Source: a virus. Taken from it: a DNA stretch of 64,000 nt. Shown in pieces: positions 29,511 to 39,318 of this stretch. The translations under genes were made by a program, and so were the position numbers. The number at the start of each line of letters is the position of its first letter. Position 1 is the stretch's first letter. Location: the IMG/VR virus record IMGVR_UViG_3300027659_000010, one strand, 5' to 3'. A model generated the notes under the pieces. It had not been told where the DNA came from. It searched no databases and was given only the letters and a program-made list of their open reading frames with translations.

Positions 29511-31092
29511 CGTAGGCTACATCAAAAGAGATGCTGCCTGTTAGGCCTGTGGCCAGAGGATTCTTATATGATAATACCACAGTTTCAATACCGCTGTCAC
29601 CAGCGTTGCCTTTGAGTGTGGCGTTGAATTCAAAATTAGTCATGGTAGGTCCTCCTAGAGCTGTGACAAGGTTTGGTGAATAGGTATAGTTGTCAGTGAA
29701 ACTGATATTAGTAATGTCATCAATCCCTGCGAGGTCATCACCGATGGCCATTTGCAGAATGCCAAATCTGATGTGTCCGCCTAGTCGCAGGCAGTAATTG
29801 ATCACTGTGAATTTGCTCAGTGCAGAAAACACAGCCAGAGGTTGGAAGCTGTCGCTGAGATAGATCAGTGCGTAATTTCTATCTACAAAACTAACGTTGG
29901 CTGCATTATAAACTTCTACGAAAGAACCTTTGGTATCCACTGAGGTCATACCTGCAGCCTGTTGGCGATCACTAGAACAGTTGAGCACCACATTGCCTAT
30001 CTGCTCGCCAAAATACACCATCACGTCATCTGGATTGGCAGCGGTGTTGGTGCCGTTGGCTACGTTTTTAAATTTTGATCGATTGATAGTAGTACCTTGA
30101 CCGTTGGTGGATCTAAATGCTTGGCGATCAATTTCTTCAAACACACAATCATATATGGTCCAATTGTTGCCCTGTGTGGCTAATCCATCGATGTATATGG
30201 CAGTGTCATTGACAAAGAAACGTGAATTTTCAAATTTGATGTCTGTGTCGAACACGGCAGTCTGGCGGCATTTTACAGCTAGACTTACACCTTCGAATGT
30301 GCAGTCTCTAAATAGGATATTATCAGTCCTGGTACCTATCAATGTGTTTTCCCAAAATACCGCAGCAGGTTCAGAGCCCAATGATGCCACTGCTGTGCCT
30401 AATACGTAGGTGCCAAGAAAATTTAATTTTGATAATACAGAATTAGCAACTCCCGACAACACGATCTGTCCTGTGGTTCTCGATATGGTGAGGTTTGAGA
30501 TATCTATATTCTGAGGTCTATTGGTGCTGTTGAAGTCTAGGAGTTCTAGTCCTGTGCTGGTGATGAAACGAATATTATTTGCGCCTATGTTTAACACCAC
30601 ACCATGCCGAGTTTCACCTTGCAGAATTACTCCTGAAGGCAATGCGAGATCACTGGTGAATAGATATTCGCCGTTGGGTACTACTAGAACTTTTTTATAA
30701 TTGGTGTTGGCGTTACGGAACAACTGTGTGGCTGCTGTTTCAAAGGCCGCGACACAGTCTGTGGAACCGTCACCTATGGCTCCAAAATCTCTTACACTGA
30801 CATGAGTTTCATCTATTTTATTCTGTAAAGACCTCGGAACGCTGAGAGTAATTGATGTATTATCGTTGGCAAATCTATAGCTGGCCGCAAGATCCAAGAT
30901 GTTGTCGTGTTCTGTAAGGATCTTGGTGTTGCCTACATAAGGTGCACCTTCCAGCACACTGCCGTTGCCTATGAATAATTCTTGTGAATCTATAGCCCAC
31001 GCAAACTCAGCTGAACTCAGTTGAGGTATTCCACTGTTTGAGTTTTTTTGCCCTCTGCGGACTTGAATTTTCGATATTTGGACAACGGCCAC
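29503..31092 (-). CDS. Virion protein with pectate-lyase-like beta-helix
   Basis: N-terminal IQVRRG...PQL...ELFIGNG module; VSVRDFGAIGDG. Confidence 0.7.
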   Translation of the reverse strand: MAVVQISKIQVRRGQKNSNSGIPQLSSAEFAWAIDSQELFIGNGSVLEGAPYVGNTKILTEHDNILDLAASYRFANDNTSITLSVPRSLQNKIDETHVSVRDFGAIGDGSTDCVAAFETAATQLFRNANTNYKKVLVVPNGEYLFTSDLALPSGVILQGETRHGVVLNIGANNIRFITSTGLELLDFNSTNRPQNIDISNLTISRTTGQIVLSGVANSVLSKLNFLGTYVLGTAVASLGSEPAAVFWENTLIGTRTDNILFRDCTFEGVSLAVKCRQTAVFDTDIKFENSRFFVNDTAIYIDGLATQGNNWTIYDCVFEEIDRQAFRSTNGQGTTINRSKFKNVANGTNTAANPDDVMVYFGEQIGNVVLNCSSDRQQAAGMTSVDTKGSFVEVYNAANVSFVDRNYALIYLSDSFQPLAVFSALSKFTVINYCLRLGGHIRFGILQMAIGDDLAGIDDITNISFTDNYTYSPNLVTALGGPTMTNFEFNATLKGNAGDSGIETVVLSYKNPLATGLTGSISFDVAYGV

Positions 31093-31129
31093 GGTATTCT
31101 CCTAGAAACTTCTATTCCTAGTATTTAGC

Positions 31130-31828
31130 TTATCGTAGGCTGTAATACTCTTCTACTTTGTTCAACCAGGCGTCCTGCCACTTATTAAAGTCTTTGGGTT
31201 CTAATGTGAACTGTTGATATTCAAAAGCACGGCTGCACATAAAAATAACGCCCTTGCGTATGTCTGTGCCGTAGACTTCATTATGTGCTAGTATATAGGC
31301 CATCAGTTGTAGATAATAATCTTCTACCCATTCTGCTTTTTTTGGCTTGTTGGTCTGCTTGTGATCCATTACTGCAGGTTCGCCATCATGCACACCTACA
31401 AGATCAGTGGTGCCTGAGAACAATCCCGGAAAGTATAGACTCTGCTCCATGGCCCACACTTCGTTGACTTTGCTGAGACCGTTTTCAATTATTACATCAG
31501 CCATTTTGTTGGCCTGCACATGCACAGGATTGTTACCGGGTTGCCGCTGTTCGCCAACGATAAATCGTTCGAGGTTAGCATGCATGGCTGTGCCCACGCC
31601 AGCAGCTTCTGTGGTTATCTGCTGAGCCTTGGCATGACCTATGCGATTTTTCCATTCATTGAGATGCGTCATGTCTTTGGTAGCACTCAATATAGTTGTC
31701 ACTGACGGAAGGCTTTCTCCATCAGGAGTTAGATACACACGTTTCCGTGTAATAGGATCATTGACCTGGATACAGTTTTTATATTGATATCGTTCGACGA
31801 ACGGTGGTGGTGTGTAAGATGTAGTCAT
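31130..31828 (-). CDS. PD-(D/E)xK exonuclease
   Basis: LPSVTTIL, GTAMH, GTTDLVG, DHKQT, YYLQLMAY. Confidence 0.85.
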   Translation of the reverse strand: MTTSYTPPPFVERYQYKNCIQVNDPITRKRVYLTPDGESLPSVTTILSATKDMTHLNEWKNRIGHAKAQQITTEAAGVGTAMHANLERFIVGEQRQPGNNPVHVQANKMADVIIENGLSKVNEVWAMEQSLYFPGLFSGTTDLVGVHDGEPAVMDHKQTNKPKKAEWVEDYYLQLMAYILAHNEVYGTDIRKGVIFMCSRAFEYQQFTLEPKDFNKWQDAWLNKVEEYYSLR

Positions 31829-31857
31829 ATCCTGTATATATTAACAGAATACGTTGA

Positions 31858-32229
31858 TTATGTCAAACTTTGCGTTAGATTTTGAGCAGCCGCACCCGCT
31901 GCGATCTTATCTACAGCGTCCTGACTGGTTTGTCCTTGACTCACTGGAGTTTCGGTATCCTTGTCAGTACCTGGTACATTGAGTTCTATGCCGTCGGCAT
32001 TGAAGTTCTTTACCAAACCCTGTATCACTGGACTAGAATCATACATGCTCTTAAAAGTTTCGTAGTCTGCGCCCATTTCAAATCCGCTGTCTGTGGCGAT
32101 TTTCTGCAGAGCTGACCAATTCAATTTGGCAGCTTGTTTTTTGCTGGCGGCACGACCGATGAAGTTTTTTAGGATCATGACAAATTTGTCTAGTCCTAGG
32201 TCAGTGTCTACGAATTCAAAGAATCTCAT
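31858..32229 (-). CDS. Hypothetical protein (candidate head/internal protein)
   Basis: MRFFEF N-terminus. Confidence 0.6.
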   Translation of the reverse strand: MRFFEFVDTDLGLDKFVMILKNFIGRAASKKQAAKLNWSALQKIATDSGFEMGADYETFKSMYDSSPVIQGLVKNFNADGIELNVPGTDKDTETPVSQGQTSQDAVDKIAAGAAAQNLTQSLT

Positions 32230-32669
32230 TTTATTTGTGTTAGCTGTTGTTGTAGAGCCTGTAGCTCTGCCTGTTTCTGTTTGATCTGATCCTGGACTTC
32301 TTTCTTGGCAACGGCCACTTGTTGAGCCTGTGCTGCAGGATCCGTAGCGCCACCTTCTAATCCGCCTAAATTTGCTGCTCTTCCTATTTGTCCTGCTACA
32401 TTTGCTGCTCTTCCTATTTGTCCTGCTACATTTGCACCTTTTGAAACGACATTGCCTACAGCCTTGGCTCCTTGCGATGCTACATTGCTCACAGCTTTTG
32501 CACCTTGAGACACTGCACTGCCAACACCTTTGGCAAGAGCGGCACCACCCCTTACAGCCGCATTACCCAATGCAGCTGCACCTCGCGCCACACCTCCCGC
32601 GACTGCGCCCAGTGCAGGCAAGATTTCGTCTAGCTGTTTGTCGTTGCTGGCTATTTCGTTGAGTCTCAT
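32226..32669 (-). CDS. Ala/Gly-rich protein with C-terminal coiled coil (candidate internal protein)
   Basis: MRLNEI...LDE; low complexity; 30-nt tandem duplication at 32371-32430. Confidence 0.6.
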   Translation of the reverse strand: MRLNEIASNDKQLDEILPALGAVAGGVARGAAALGNAAVRGGAALAKGVGSAVSQGAKAVSNVASQGAKAVGNVVSKGANVAGQIGRAANVAGQIGRAANLGGLEGGATDPAAQAQQVAVAKKEVQDQIKQKQAELQALQQQLTQIK

Positions 32670-34105
32670 TATCCTGCCAACACTCTTAGTAGGTTGCTGC
32701 TGCGGTCAATGCTTTCACGCTGTTCACGACCTGCATCGCCCATACCGGCTGCTGGTTCTGCGGCAGCAAACTCATCATCACCACCTAGTTCTTCACCACC
32801 TGCATTCATTGCGTCTGGTTCAACCGGTCCCATTTCGTCACTACCAGCCATGTCTGCGCCTGGTTCCATACCCAGCATTTCTGCACCTTGTTCTTCGCCA
32901 GTGAGCATACGCACACCTGTGGCTAGAGTTTCACGTGTGGTCTTGAGATTTTCTAAGGCCTGTTGAATAGCTGGTGCCACTGAACTGATAAATGTCTTGG
33001 CCTGTTCTTGACTCATCTCATCACGGATTGAATCACCTAGTTGCAGCAGTGTGTCGTTTTCCATGCCTGATAGTTCTTCAATCCAACGGCTCACTCTGTC
33101 AACCATGGTCTTTGCTGTAACGATAGCGGAAGCTTGTTGTACTTCGCCTTCTCTTAAATTACTCATACTTTCTCCTTGTGTTCTTTGTATGCTTTCTGTG
33201 GCAGGTGCCCCAGTTACATTTACTTCCCATTTCTTGCCAGTGGACTCGCTCTTTTTAGCCGCCCAGTCCTTGAGTTGGTAATAATGTTTTCTTTCAGCTG
33301 AGTCGTCGGCATACTGGCCGCGACCCTTGAATACTTTCCACTGCTTGCCGTTGATACTAACAGCAAAGTTGTTTGGTGGTTCTGTGTTGCCTTCGTCGTT
33401 TTCTCTTTCTCTGCGGCCCATGCCACTGACACTGCTGTCATAATCTCGTTGGTAGGCATCTCGTCCACCTTCGTTATTAACACTTTCGTAGTCTTCATCG
33501 CTACCAAAGCCAGCTGATGAAAGAGCGTAGGCATCATCAGTTTCGCCACCTTCGTCATCGTCCCCGCCTTGGGCAAGTTCTTGAAACTCTGCCTCTAGAT
33601 CATCCATGTAGTCGTCCATGTTACGGAGTTCGCCACCGTCTTGATCAGAGTATGAACCATATACCTCATCTAATGCACCTTCCACATCACCCTGTCGCAG
33701 CAATGACGCAATACCTTCTATGTCTGGATCTCCGTAGCCGCCAATTTCAAGCATGTCTTCGTCGAACTGTTTCATAATTTTTACGACTTCTTCTTCGATC
33801 GACCCAAACCCCTCTTCAACTTCTGCAGGACCTGCATCTGCTATGAATTCCTCACGTTCTGCGATTTCAGCATTGATAGCATCCAACATCCACTGTGCCT
33901 TAGTCATTGCTTCGTTTTCGATGTTTTCATTGAATCCGCTTTGGCTGCGGGCATCGTGAATCTGTGTACGCAGTTTGTTGCGGGCATCTTCCAGCTTGGG
34001 TAGATCAAAAGATTCAAGATTTAATCTTTGGCCAAAGGTCTTTTCAATGCTTTCATTGATGCGTTCAGCTGATCTATTGAATCTAAAAAGGTCTGTGGTT
34101 TTCAT
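32669..34105 (-). CDS. Acidic protein, candidate prohead core/scaffold
   Basis: Very acidic; many x-x-E/ES motifs; helical C-terminal domain. Confidence 0.5.
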   Translation of the reverse strand: MKTTDLFRFNRSAERINESIEKTFGQRLNLESFDLPKLEDARNKLRTQIHDARSQSGFNENIENEAMTKAQWMLDAINAEIAEREEFIADAGPAEVEEGFGSIEEEVVKIMKQFDEDMLEIGGYGDPDIEGIASLLRQGDVEGALDEVYGSYSDQDGGELRNMDDYMDDLEAEFQELAQGGDDDEGGETDDAYALSSAGFGSDEDYESVNNEGGRDAYQRDYDSSVSGMGRRERENDEGNTEPPNNFAVSINGKQWKVFKGRGQYADDSAERKHYYQLKDWAAKKSESTGKKWEVNVTGAPATESIQRTQGESMSNLREGEVQQASAIVTAKTMVDRVSRWIEELSGMENDTLLQLGDSIRDEMSQEQAKTFISSVAPAIQQALENLKTTRETLATGVRMLTGEEQGAEMLGMEPGADMAGSDEMGPVEPDAMNAGGEELGGDDEFAAAEPAAGMGDAGREQRESIDRSSNLLRVLAG

Positions 34106-34139
34106 AGTTTTAAGGGTCCAGATTTTATAGTGTATTTAT

Positions 34140-34565
34140 TCAGAATTTGGTCAAAGAGTCTGCGAGATTTTTAGCAGCCACGGTGCGATCTCGACTTGCT
34201 GTGTACCGAGCCCACAGTATGTCTGCACGGTCATGATCTCCGGAATCTTTGGCCTTTTGATATTGGCTACGCAGCAGTTGGCTGTCCACAAACCAACGAC
34301 CGTAGTCTTGATCTGCGGCATAGATGCGATCTATAATCAGAGAGCTTTGTCGCAGGCACAAGAGATTGGCCATGCGAATAGCCACTGCATTGAGGTGTAT
34401 TTCTCTGTAGACGATCTCTCCACCACGCAGGAGATTTTTCATATGACCCTGACTCTGTATCAGTATATCACCTACGAGAATGCCTTCCGTGGTTCGAACT
34501 GGTATGGGATTTTGCAGCAGCTCTTTGCGGACTATGTGTTCTAGCCGCTGGCTTATTCTTGTCAT
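34140..34565 (-). CDS. Hypothetical protein
   Basis: ORF with TAAATA upstream. Confidence 0.6.
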   Translation of the reverse strand: MTRISQRLEHIVRKELLQNPIPVRTTEGILVGDILIQSQGHMKNLLRGGEIVYREIHLNAVAIRMANLLCLRQSSLIIDRIYAADQDYGRWFVDSQLLRSQYQKAKDSGDHDRADILWARYTASRDRTVAAKNLADSLTKF

Positions 34566-34602
34566 AAAAGGACCTCTGGTCCTTTATTTAAATGCTGTTA
34601 TT

Positions 34603-34923
34603 TCATGCTCCGAAGAACTTGAGTATGGTCTGTAGATTCAGCTGTCCAGTCCAACCTAGCCCAGCTATAAACGCCATGCCTACCATGCCATACATCATCA
34701 TCTTGTTCTTGCTTTTTTCTAGCTCGTTGAGTTTTTTGCCTAGTTCTGCATGCTGTGTGCAAGAGGCGTCGTACATGTGATTTAATTTCTCAGTGAGTCC
34801 GTCACGAGTTTTATCCAGACAGTCGTGGAGATCTTTGACATCAACTTTTAGTTCATCTAGTTTTTCGTCAAGATTCGCAACCTGCGTTTCTACTATTCCA
34901 ACACGTTCTGCTACCGTAGGCAT
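34603..34923 (-). CDS. Coiled-coil protein with C-terminal TM helix (holin/XhlA-like architecture)
   Basis: Heptads followed by MMMYGMVGMAFIAGLGW; start MPTVAER after GGAGA. Confidence 0.55.
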   Translation of the reverse strand: MPTVAERVGIVETQVANLDEKLDELKVDVKDLHDCLDKTRDGLTEKLNHMYDASCTQHAELGKKLNELEKSKNKMMMYGMVGMAFIAGLGWTGQLNLQTILKFFGA

Positions 34924-35023
34924 TAGGGCCGTCTCCAATGTAATAAGTCAAGTGCTCGCTCCGAGCCATGTGCCTATGATATGATTGAATGCCTAATGGT
35001 TTGCCTTGATAATATATTTATGT

Positions 35024-35419
35024 TCAGGGGCTAATTTTAGTTACCCAAATATTAGTGTTATCACCTCGGCTTCTAAACACAGCAGGGGTTAGTTCCACGG
35101 TGTTATTTAGCTGATCAACTATGGGCACACCATCAAGATCATCAACTAACAGAGCTACAGGATCGCCTTGGGCTAGAAACACGTCTTCACGTTCTGCGTC
35201 GAACTGCCAGATCCAATGTGTGGCCTTGCCTGGTCCTATAGGCAGCCTACCGTCATGCAGTTCAGGGTCTCGGAGCCAAGTGACATTCGAGCGCATGCCG
35301 ATGGCCTGCACGAGACTATTAAAATTAGCCTGTTGTCCTAGTTTGACTCGGTCAGTTTCATCTCGTACTGGATTAGTTCGAGTTATATCGACCACTGTAA
35401 TGATTTGATAGCGTGCCAT
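35024..35419 (-). CDS. Hypothetical protein
   Basis: TVVDITRT...QQANFNSL; TAAATA upstream. Confidence 0.6.
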   Translation of the reverse strand: MARYQIITVVDITRTNPVRDETDRVKLGQQANFNSLVQAIGMRSNVTWLRDPELHDGRLPIGPGKATHWIWQFDAEREDVFLAQGDPVALLVDDLDGVPIVDQLNNTVELTPAVFRSRGDNTNIWVTKISP

Positions 35420-35456
35420 AATATGCTAGTATTTACATTCTAAATCTCCAGCCAAC

Positions 35457-35480
35457 AAAAAAGGACCTTTCGGTCCTTTT
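35457..35480 (-). terminator. Intrinsic terminator
   Basis: AAAAGGACC-TTTC-GGTCCTTTT. Confidence 0.75.
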
Positions 35481-35508
35481 ATGCTTCCCATCCCTGAGAA
35501 TTAACTAA

Positions 35509-35925
35509 TTACAGTGCTGGTGCAAAGTGTGCTTCAACAGATACAGTAAATGTACCTGAACCACCGCCTGTAGCACCTTCTGCTGCTGACTTGATATCAG
35601 CTACTGTAAGGTTACCAGTACCTTGGCAACGTAGGAATACTGTTGCTGTTGTACCGCTAACAAAAGCTGCACCTGCTGCTGTTCCAACTGCTGCTACTGT
35701 GAAAGCAGAATCACCTGTACCAGCAGAACCTTGACTTCTTGTGATTTCGCTGATAGCTGCACTTAATTCTGCATCGTTAATTGTACTGTCTGATGCAATT
35801 TTAACAATCAGCTCACGTCCAGCATCGGACTGGCTGATTCTGTGTTTATATGCGTTTGCACCAAATGTTGCTACTGTTGCACCTGCGTTGTCGACTGTTT
35901 CTACTCTACTTAATACGTCTGCCAT
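35509..35925 (-). CDS. Probable abundant small structural protein
   Basis: Ala/Thr/Gly-rich; own TAAATA, strong SD and terminator. Confidence 0.5.
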   Translation of the reverse strand: MADVLSRVETVDNAGATVATFGANAYKHRISQSDAGRELIVKIASDSTINDAELSAAISEITRSQGSAGTGDSAFTVAAVGTAAGAAFVSGTTATVFLRCQGTGNLTVADIKSAAEGATGGGSGTFTVSVEAHFAPAL

Positions 35926-36025
35926 GATATGTTCTCCTTAATCAATGACCTCGCTCAGAGGCCGGCAATAATAAAGAATCACCTGATTCTTGTATAGTAT
36001 TTAGTCATTTTGGCAAAAACCGTGG

Positions 36026-37123
36026 TTAATCGGCTCTAAACGGAGTCCAACGATCTCTAGGCACTAGTTTTGAACCGCCTGCCACATAGCCTTCACCGCC
36101 TGGTTTGCCGCCTGTGGTGGCTGTGATTTCACCTTCGGCAGCATCCAGCTCACGGATCACTTCATCTTTGGCTGACATGATTTCTCTCACTAACTGGAAC
36201 AGCAGATCCATGACTCCTGGATGACGTTCGCTGTGCGCTGCGATCTTCTGAGCTTTGGCAGGAGTTTTACCCACAAAGTTCATGAACGCTTCTGTGTTTA
36301 TGTTGTCTAACTGTTTGGCCTTGCTCTGAGTATTCACGAAAGTATAGATTTCTGACTGTAGATAGCCCATGCCTGTGACAGGAGCCAGGAGGCTGTTGAT
36401 CTTTGGTTGGTTCTTGGCCAAAGCTTCTATCTTGGCTAGATTAGCTGCACCTACAGCTGGTCTATGGCTGACTGCTGTGAGTCCAAACACCTGCAGTGCA
36501 GGAGTGTTATTAAACAGTTCTGCATCATCAAAGTCTTCACCACTCTTGTCTCCGAAATAACTGAATACCTTATGTGCGGCCACAGCCACCTTGGCATCTG
36601 CCAGTGCTCGCCCTGTGTCGCTGTTGATCATAACAGAGTAAGTGGTTTGATTAGGAGTAAATGAAATGCGACCATCTGCACCTGTGTAGGACTTGCCTGG
36701 GTGGAACAGGATGTCTCCGTAGACATAACCACGCCAATCTTGAGGAGTTGCTGCTTCAAATATGGGCCACAGTGCTGCCATGTCTGAGGCAAATCGTTCA
36801 CGCCAGTCTTCACCCTTGCCGCGACTCATGATAAACTGTTTGAGTTCTTCTGGACTCGAGCTCTTGCCTTCTTCACGACCCCAGTTGTTTTTACCTACCA
36901 ACCTAAATTCACCATCGTCTTCACGACCCCAATACACTGTGGGATTACCGTCCCATTTAATGGTGATGCTGGTTTCGGGTTTAGCTAGATCTTTCAGTAT
37001 CTGTATGGCCTTGACTGCGCCATTGGATTCAGTGAACACCAGATCCTCAAGGTGGTTGAATTCTCTGCCCACCTTTTTAGGAGCAGGTGCTTCATCTTCT
37101 AATAAAAGTTCCCAGAATCTCAT
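36026..37123 (-). CDS. ATP-dependent ligase/RNA-ligase-like nucleotidyltransferase
   Basis: HLED, TIKWDG (motif I), YGDILF, EGYV (IV), SKLV (V). Confidence 0.55.
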   Translation of the reverse strand: MRFWELLLEDEAPAPKKVGREFNHLEDLVFTESNGAVKAIQILKDLAKPETSITIKWDGNPTVYWGREDDGEFRLVGKNNWGREEGKSSSPEELKQFIMSRGKGEDWRERFASDMAALWPIFEAATPQDWRGYVYGDILFHPGKSYTGADGRISFTPNQTTYSVMINSDTGRALADAKVAVAAHKVFSYFGDKSGEDFDDAELFNNTPALQVFGLTAVSHRPAVGAANLAKIEALAKNQPKINSLLAPVTGMGYLQSEIYTFVNTQSKAKQLDNINTEAFMNFVGKTPAKAQKIAAHSERHPGVMDLLFQLVREIMSAKDEVIRELDAAEGEITATTGGKPGGEGYVAGGSKLVPRDRWTPFRAD

Positions 37124-37929
37124 CGTACTATGTCAATCATTCTGCGCATCCAACCAATTGTTCCTGGTTGATAGCTTTCTACCGCGGCTTTGGCAGGTAG
37201 CTCAATGCCCTGTTTGCCCAAGGTTTCTCTGGCACCTGAGACCAATTCATCGTAGTTCGGTAGTTTGATTATGTAGTCTAGAATGTTGTCCACACTGCGT
37301 ATATCTTTGACTGTGGCTGTCTGCCCTAGCAACTGTTTGGCTATAGTATTCCAATCATCCCCGCCTGGTAGAGGTTCGTTAGTGTCCGCGTGTAATAGTC
37401 CAAACTTAGGTGAGTATTTTAGATCTCTGGCTCGGGCAATAGAACTCAGCACAATATGCCGATGCTCGCCCTTATACTGTCCTCGACCGCCTATCAACGA
37501 TCCCTGTTGGAACTTAGGATTTACACTAAACATAAAGTCTGACTGTACAAAGCCGTTGACCTGATCACCTGCGATAGGAGTTTTTAAATGCACACTATCT
37601 CCGCTGAGTTTGACATTTTCTTTGCCAAACTGTGCTATTAATTTAGCTGCGAATTCTTTTTTGTCCACTTCATTAGCATCCACTGATAGATCTAGATCAC
37701 CCGAGCTGTTTAGCTCAAAGGTACCATCTGGATCTTCTTTGCGACCTGTGGTGCCCAGCCATTTCACTGGCTTTTTGTCATCTGGGTCTAATTCTTTGGT
37801 GAAATCTAGACCAGTGATCTTTTCTATGTAGTCTATGGTAGCAGGCACATCTTTGGTAGCGATACGCTGGGTCAGTGATTGTTTGTTGGCATCTTTGAAT
37901 ACGTTGCCACCTTCAAATAGTTTATTCAT
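37120..37929 (-). CDS. Pol-beta-superfamily nucleotidyltransferase
   Basis: LGTTG...SGDLDL and a third Asp in VQSDFM. Confidence 0.6.
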   Translation of the reverse strand: MNKLFEGGNVFKDANKQSLTQRIATKDVPATIDYIEKITGLDFTKELDPDDKKPVKWLGTTGRKEDPDGTFELNSSGDLDLSVDANEVDKKEFAAKLIAQFGKENVKLSGDSVHLKTPIAGDQVNGFVQSDFMFSVNPKFQQGSLIGGRGQYKGEHRHIVLSSIARARDLKYSPKFGLLHADTNEPLPGGDDWNTIAKQLLGQTATVKDIRSVDNILDYIIKLPNYDELVSGARETLGKQGIELPAKAAVESYQPGTIGWMRRMIDIVR

Positions 37930-38197
37930 CGTTGATAATTCTCTGAGCTCTACGAGATTCTGTTATTTTACGGATACCACGGGTAAATTTAGCAGCGTCC
38001 TGTCCGCGGATAGCATTGACAAATCTGCGCTCAAGCTCATCTGCCTGGTCTGGTGTATACTGCTTGTGCAGGCTTTCCAGTAGATTTATGGCTGAATTGA
38101 TGATGTTAGTGGCTCTGCTTTCAAACAGCGCATCCTTGTTGCGTACTTCAGCTATTTCATTCAGCTCTTGTAGTATTGAACGAGTTCTAAGTTTCAT
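37922..38197 (-). CDS. Small helical hypothetical protein
   Basis: TRSILQELN...ESRA; first gene of a late operon. Confidence 0.6.
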   Translation of the reverse strand: MKLRTRSILQELNEIAEVRNKDALFESRATNIINSAINLLESLHKQYTPDQADELERRFVNAIRGQDAAKFTRGIRKITESRRAQRIINDE

Positions 38198-38341
38198 GAG
38201 TGGTTCCGTTGATATTATATTTAACCTAAACTCGAGATTGTTAAAATGATATTATTCAGCAGAAATAGTGCAGTCGCACATAAGTGGACTAAATAACTCA
38301 GTAGAAACCATAAGAACCTGCACACACTTACAGAGGAAAAA

Positions 38342-38518
38342 ATGAAATACCTATCAAACAAGATGCTGATGATCTTGGAACGCTTGAGTGAGATGTTTCC
38401 GGACAGCACGTATCAAACTCGTTTAGAGCAGTATCTAAACTCCAAAGGCATCACTGATGCCGCACAATTAGAAAATTACATCAAAGAATTCAACTACAAC
38501 AAGGAAAAATACATATGA
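38342..38518 (+). CDS. 58-aa protein (DUF3563-like)
   Basis: Not in ORF track: MKYLSNKMLMILERLSEMFPDSTYQTRLEQYLNSKGITDAAQLENYIKEF...; SD GAGG. Confidence 0.6.
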   Translation: MKYLSNKMLMILERLSEMFPDSTYQTRLEQYLNSKGITDAAQLENYIKEFNYNKEKYI

Positions 38519-38634
38519 AAACTATTTTTAACTACATTTGGTCAGTGTTTGATTCATTTGGCCGAGCTCGTGCCGCCAGTCATTTGGCTCGTATCGGACA
38601 GTACGAAGCGGCCAAGCGTGTGATGGCAGAATAA
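38515..38634 (+). CDS. 39-aa hypothetical peptide
   Basis: ATGA overlap; MKTIFNYIWSVFDSFGRARAASHLARIGQYEAAKRVMAE. Confidence 0.55.
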   Translation: MKTIFNYIWSVFDSFGRARAASHLARIGQYEAAKRVMAE

Positions 38635-38653
38635 TTTTCTATGTAAATAAACC

Positions 38654-39229
38654 ATGCAGTTGGTTTATATACACGGTGCAAATGCCACCAGCGAAAGTTT
38701 TAATCATATCAGAACTAGGTTAGGCACAGGTCTGGACCTAAACTACGACAGTCGTGATGGGTTTGAACATAATCTTGATGTTATGCGGCAGAGTTTGGCT
38801 AATGTTAATAAGTGTTTTTTCATAGCGCACAGTCTAGGTGGTATATATGCTCTTCATCTCAGCCATCATTTGCCCATGCATATACTTGGAGCTGTCACAC
38901 TGAGTACACCTTATGGTGGAGCAGAAGTAGCAGACTATGCACAGTATTTCTTACCATTCAGCAGGCTCATGCGTGATATTGGACCCAGCAGCTGGGCCAT
39001 GCGTGAAGCTGCTAAGATTAAAATACAGCACCCGTGGACTAACATAGTCACGATACAAGGGCGCAGTCCTTTTTTAGCCGTACCCAATGATGGAGTGGTT
39101 AGTATTCAAAGCCAGCGGCACCATGCAGATATGGAACTGATTGATGTCAACTATAACCACTATGAAGTGGTGTTGGCAGAACCTGTGATAGAGATTATTC
39201 GTGAACGGATAAACAAAATCACAAAATAG
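38654..39229 (+). CDS. Alpha/beta hydrolase
   Basis: YIHG, AHSLGG, NDGVV, NHYE. Confidence 0.85.
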   Translation: MQLVYIHGANATSESFNHIRTRLGTGLDLNYDSRDGFEHNLDVMRQSLANVNKCFFIAHSLGGIYALHLSHHLPMHILGAVTLSTPYGGAEVADYAQYFLPFSRLMRDIGPSSWAMREAAKIKIQHPWTNIVTIQGRSPFLAVPNDGVVSIQSQRHHADMELIDVNYNHYEVVLAEPVIEIIRERINKITK

Positions 39230-39318
39230 CTTGTTTTTTTAAATTGAGGCTATATAATACACTAACAGCGAAATAGAAGTAGCTGTTAGACACAGACATT
39301 ACACACAGGAGATACAAA

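Noticed and set aside
38267-38280. GTGC-N4-GCAC palindrome as a PhaR-like operator
   Set aside because: Too short, and single copy, to distinguish from chance
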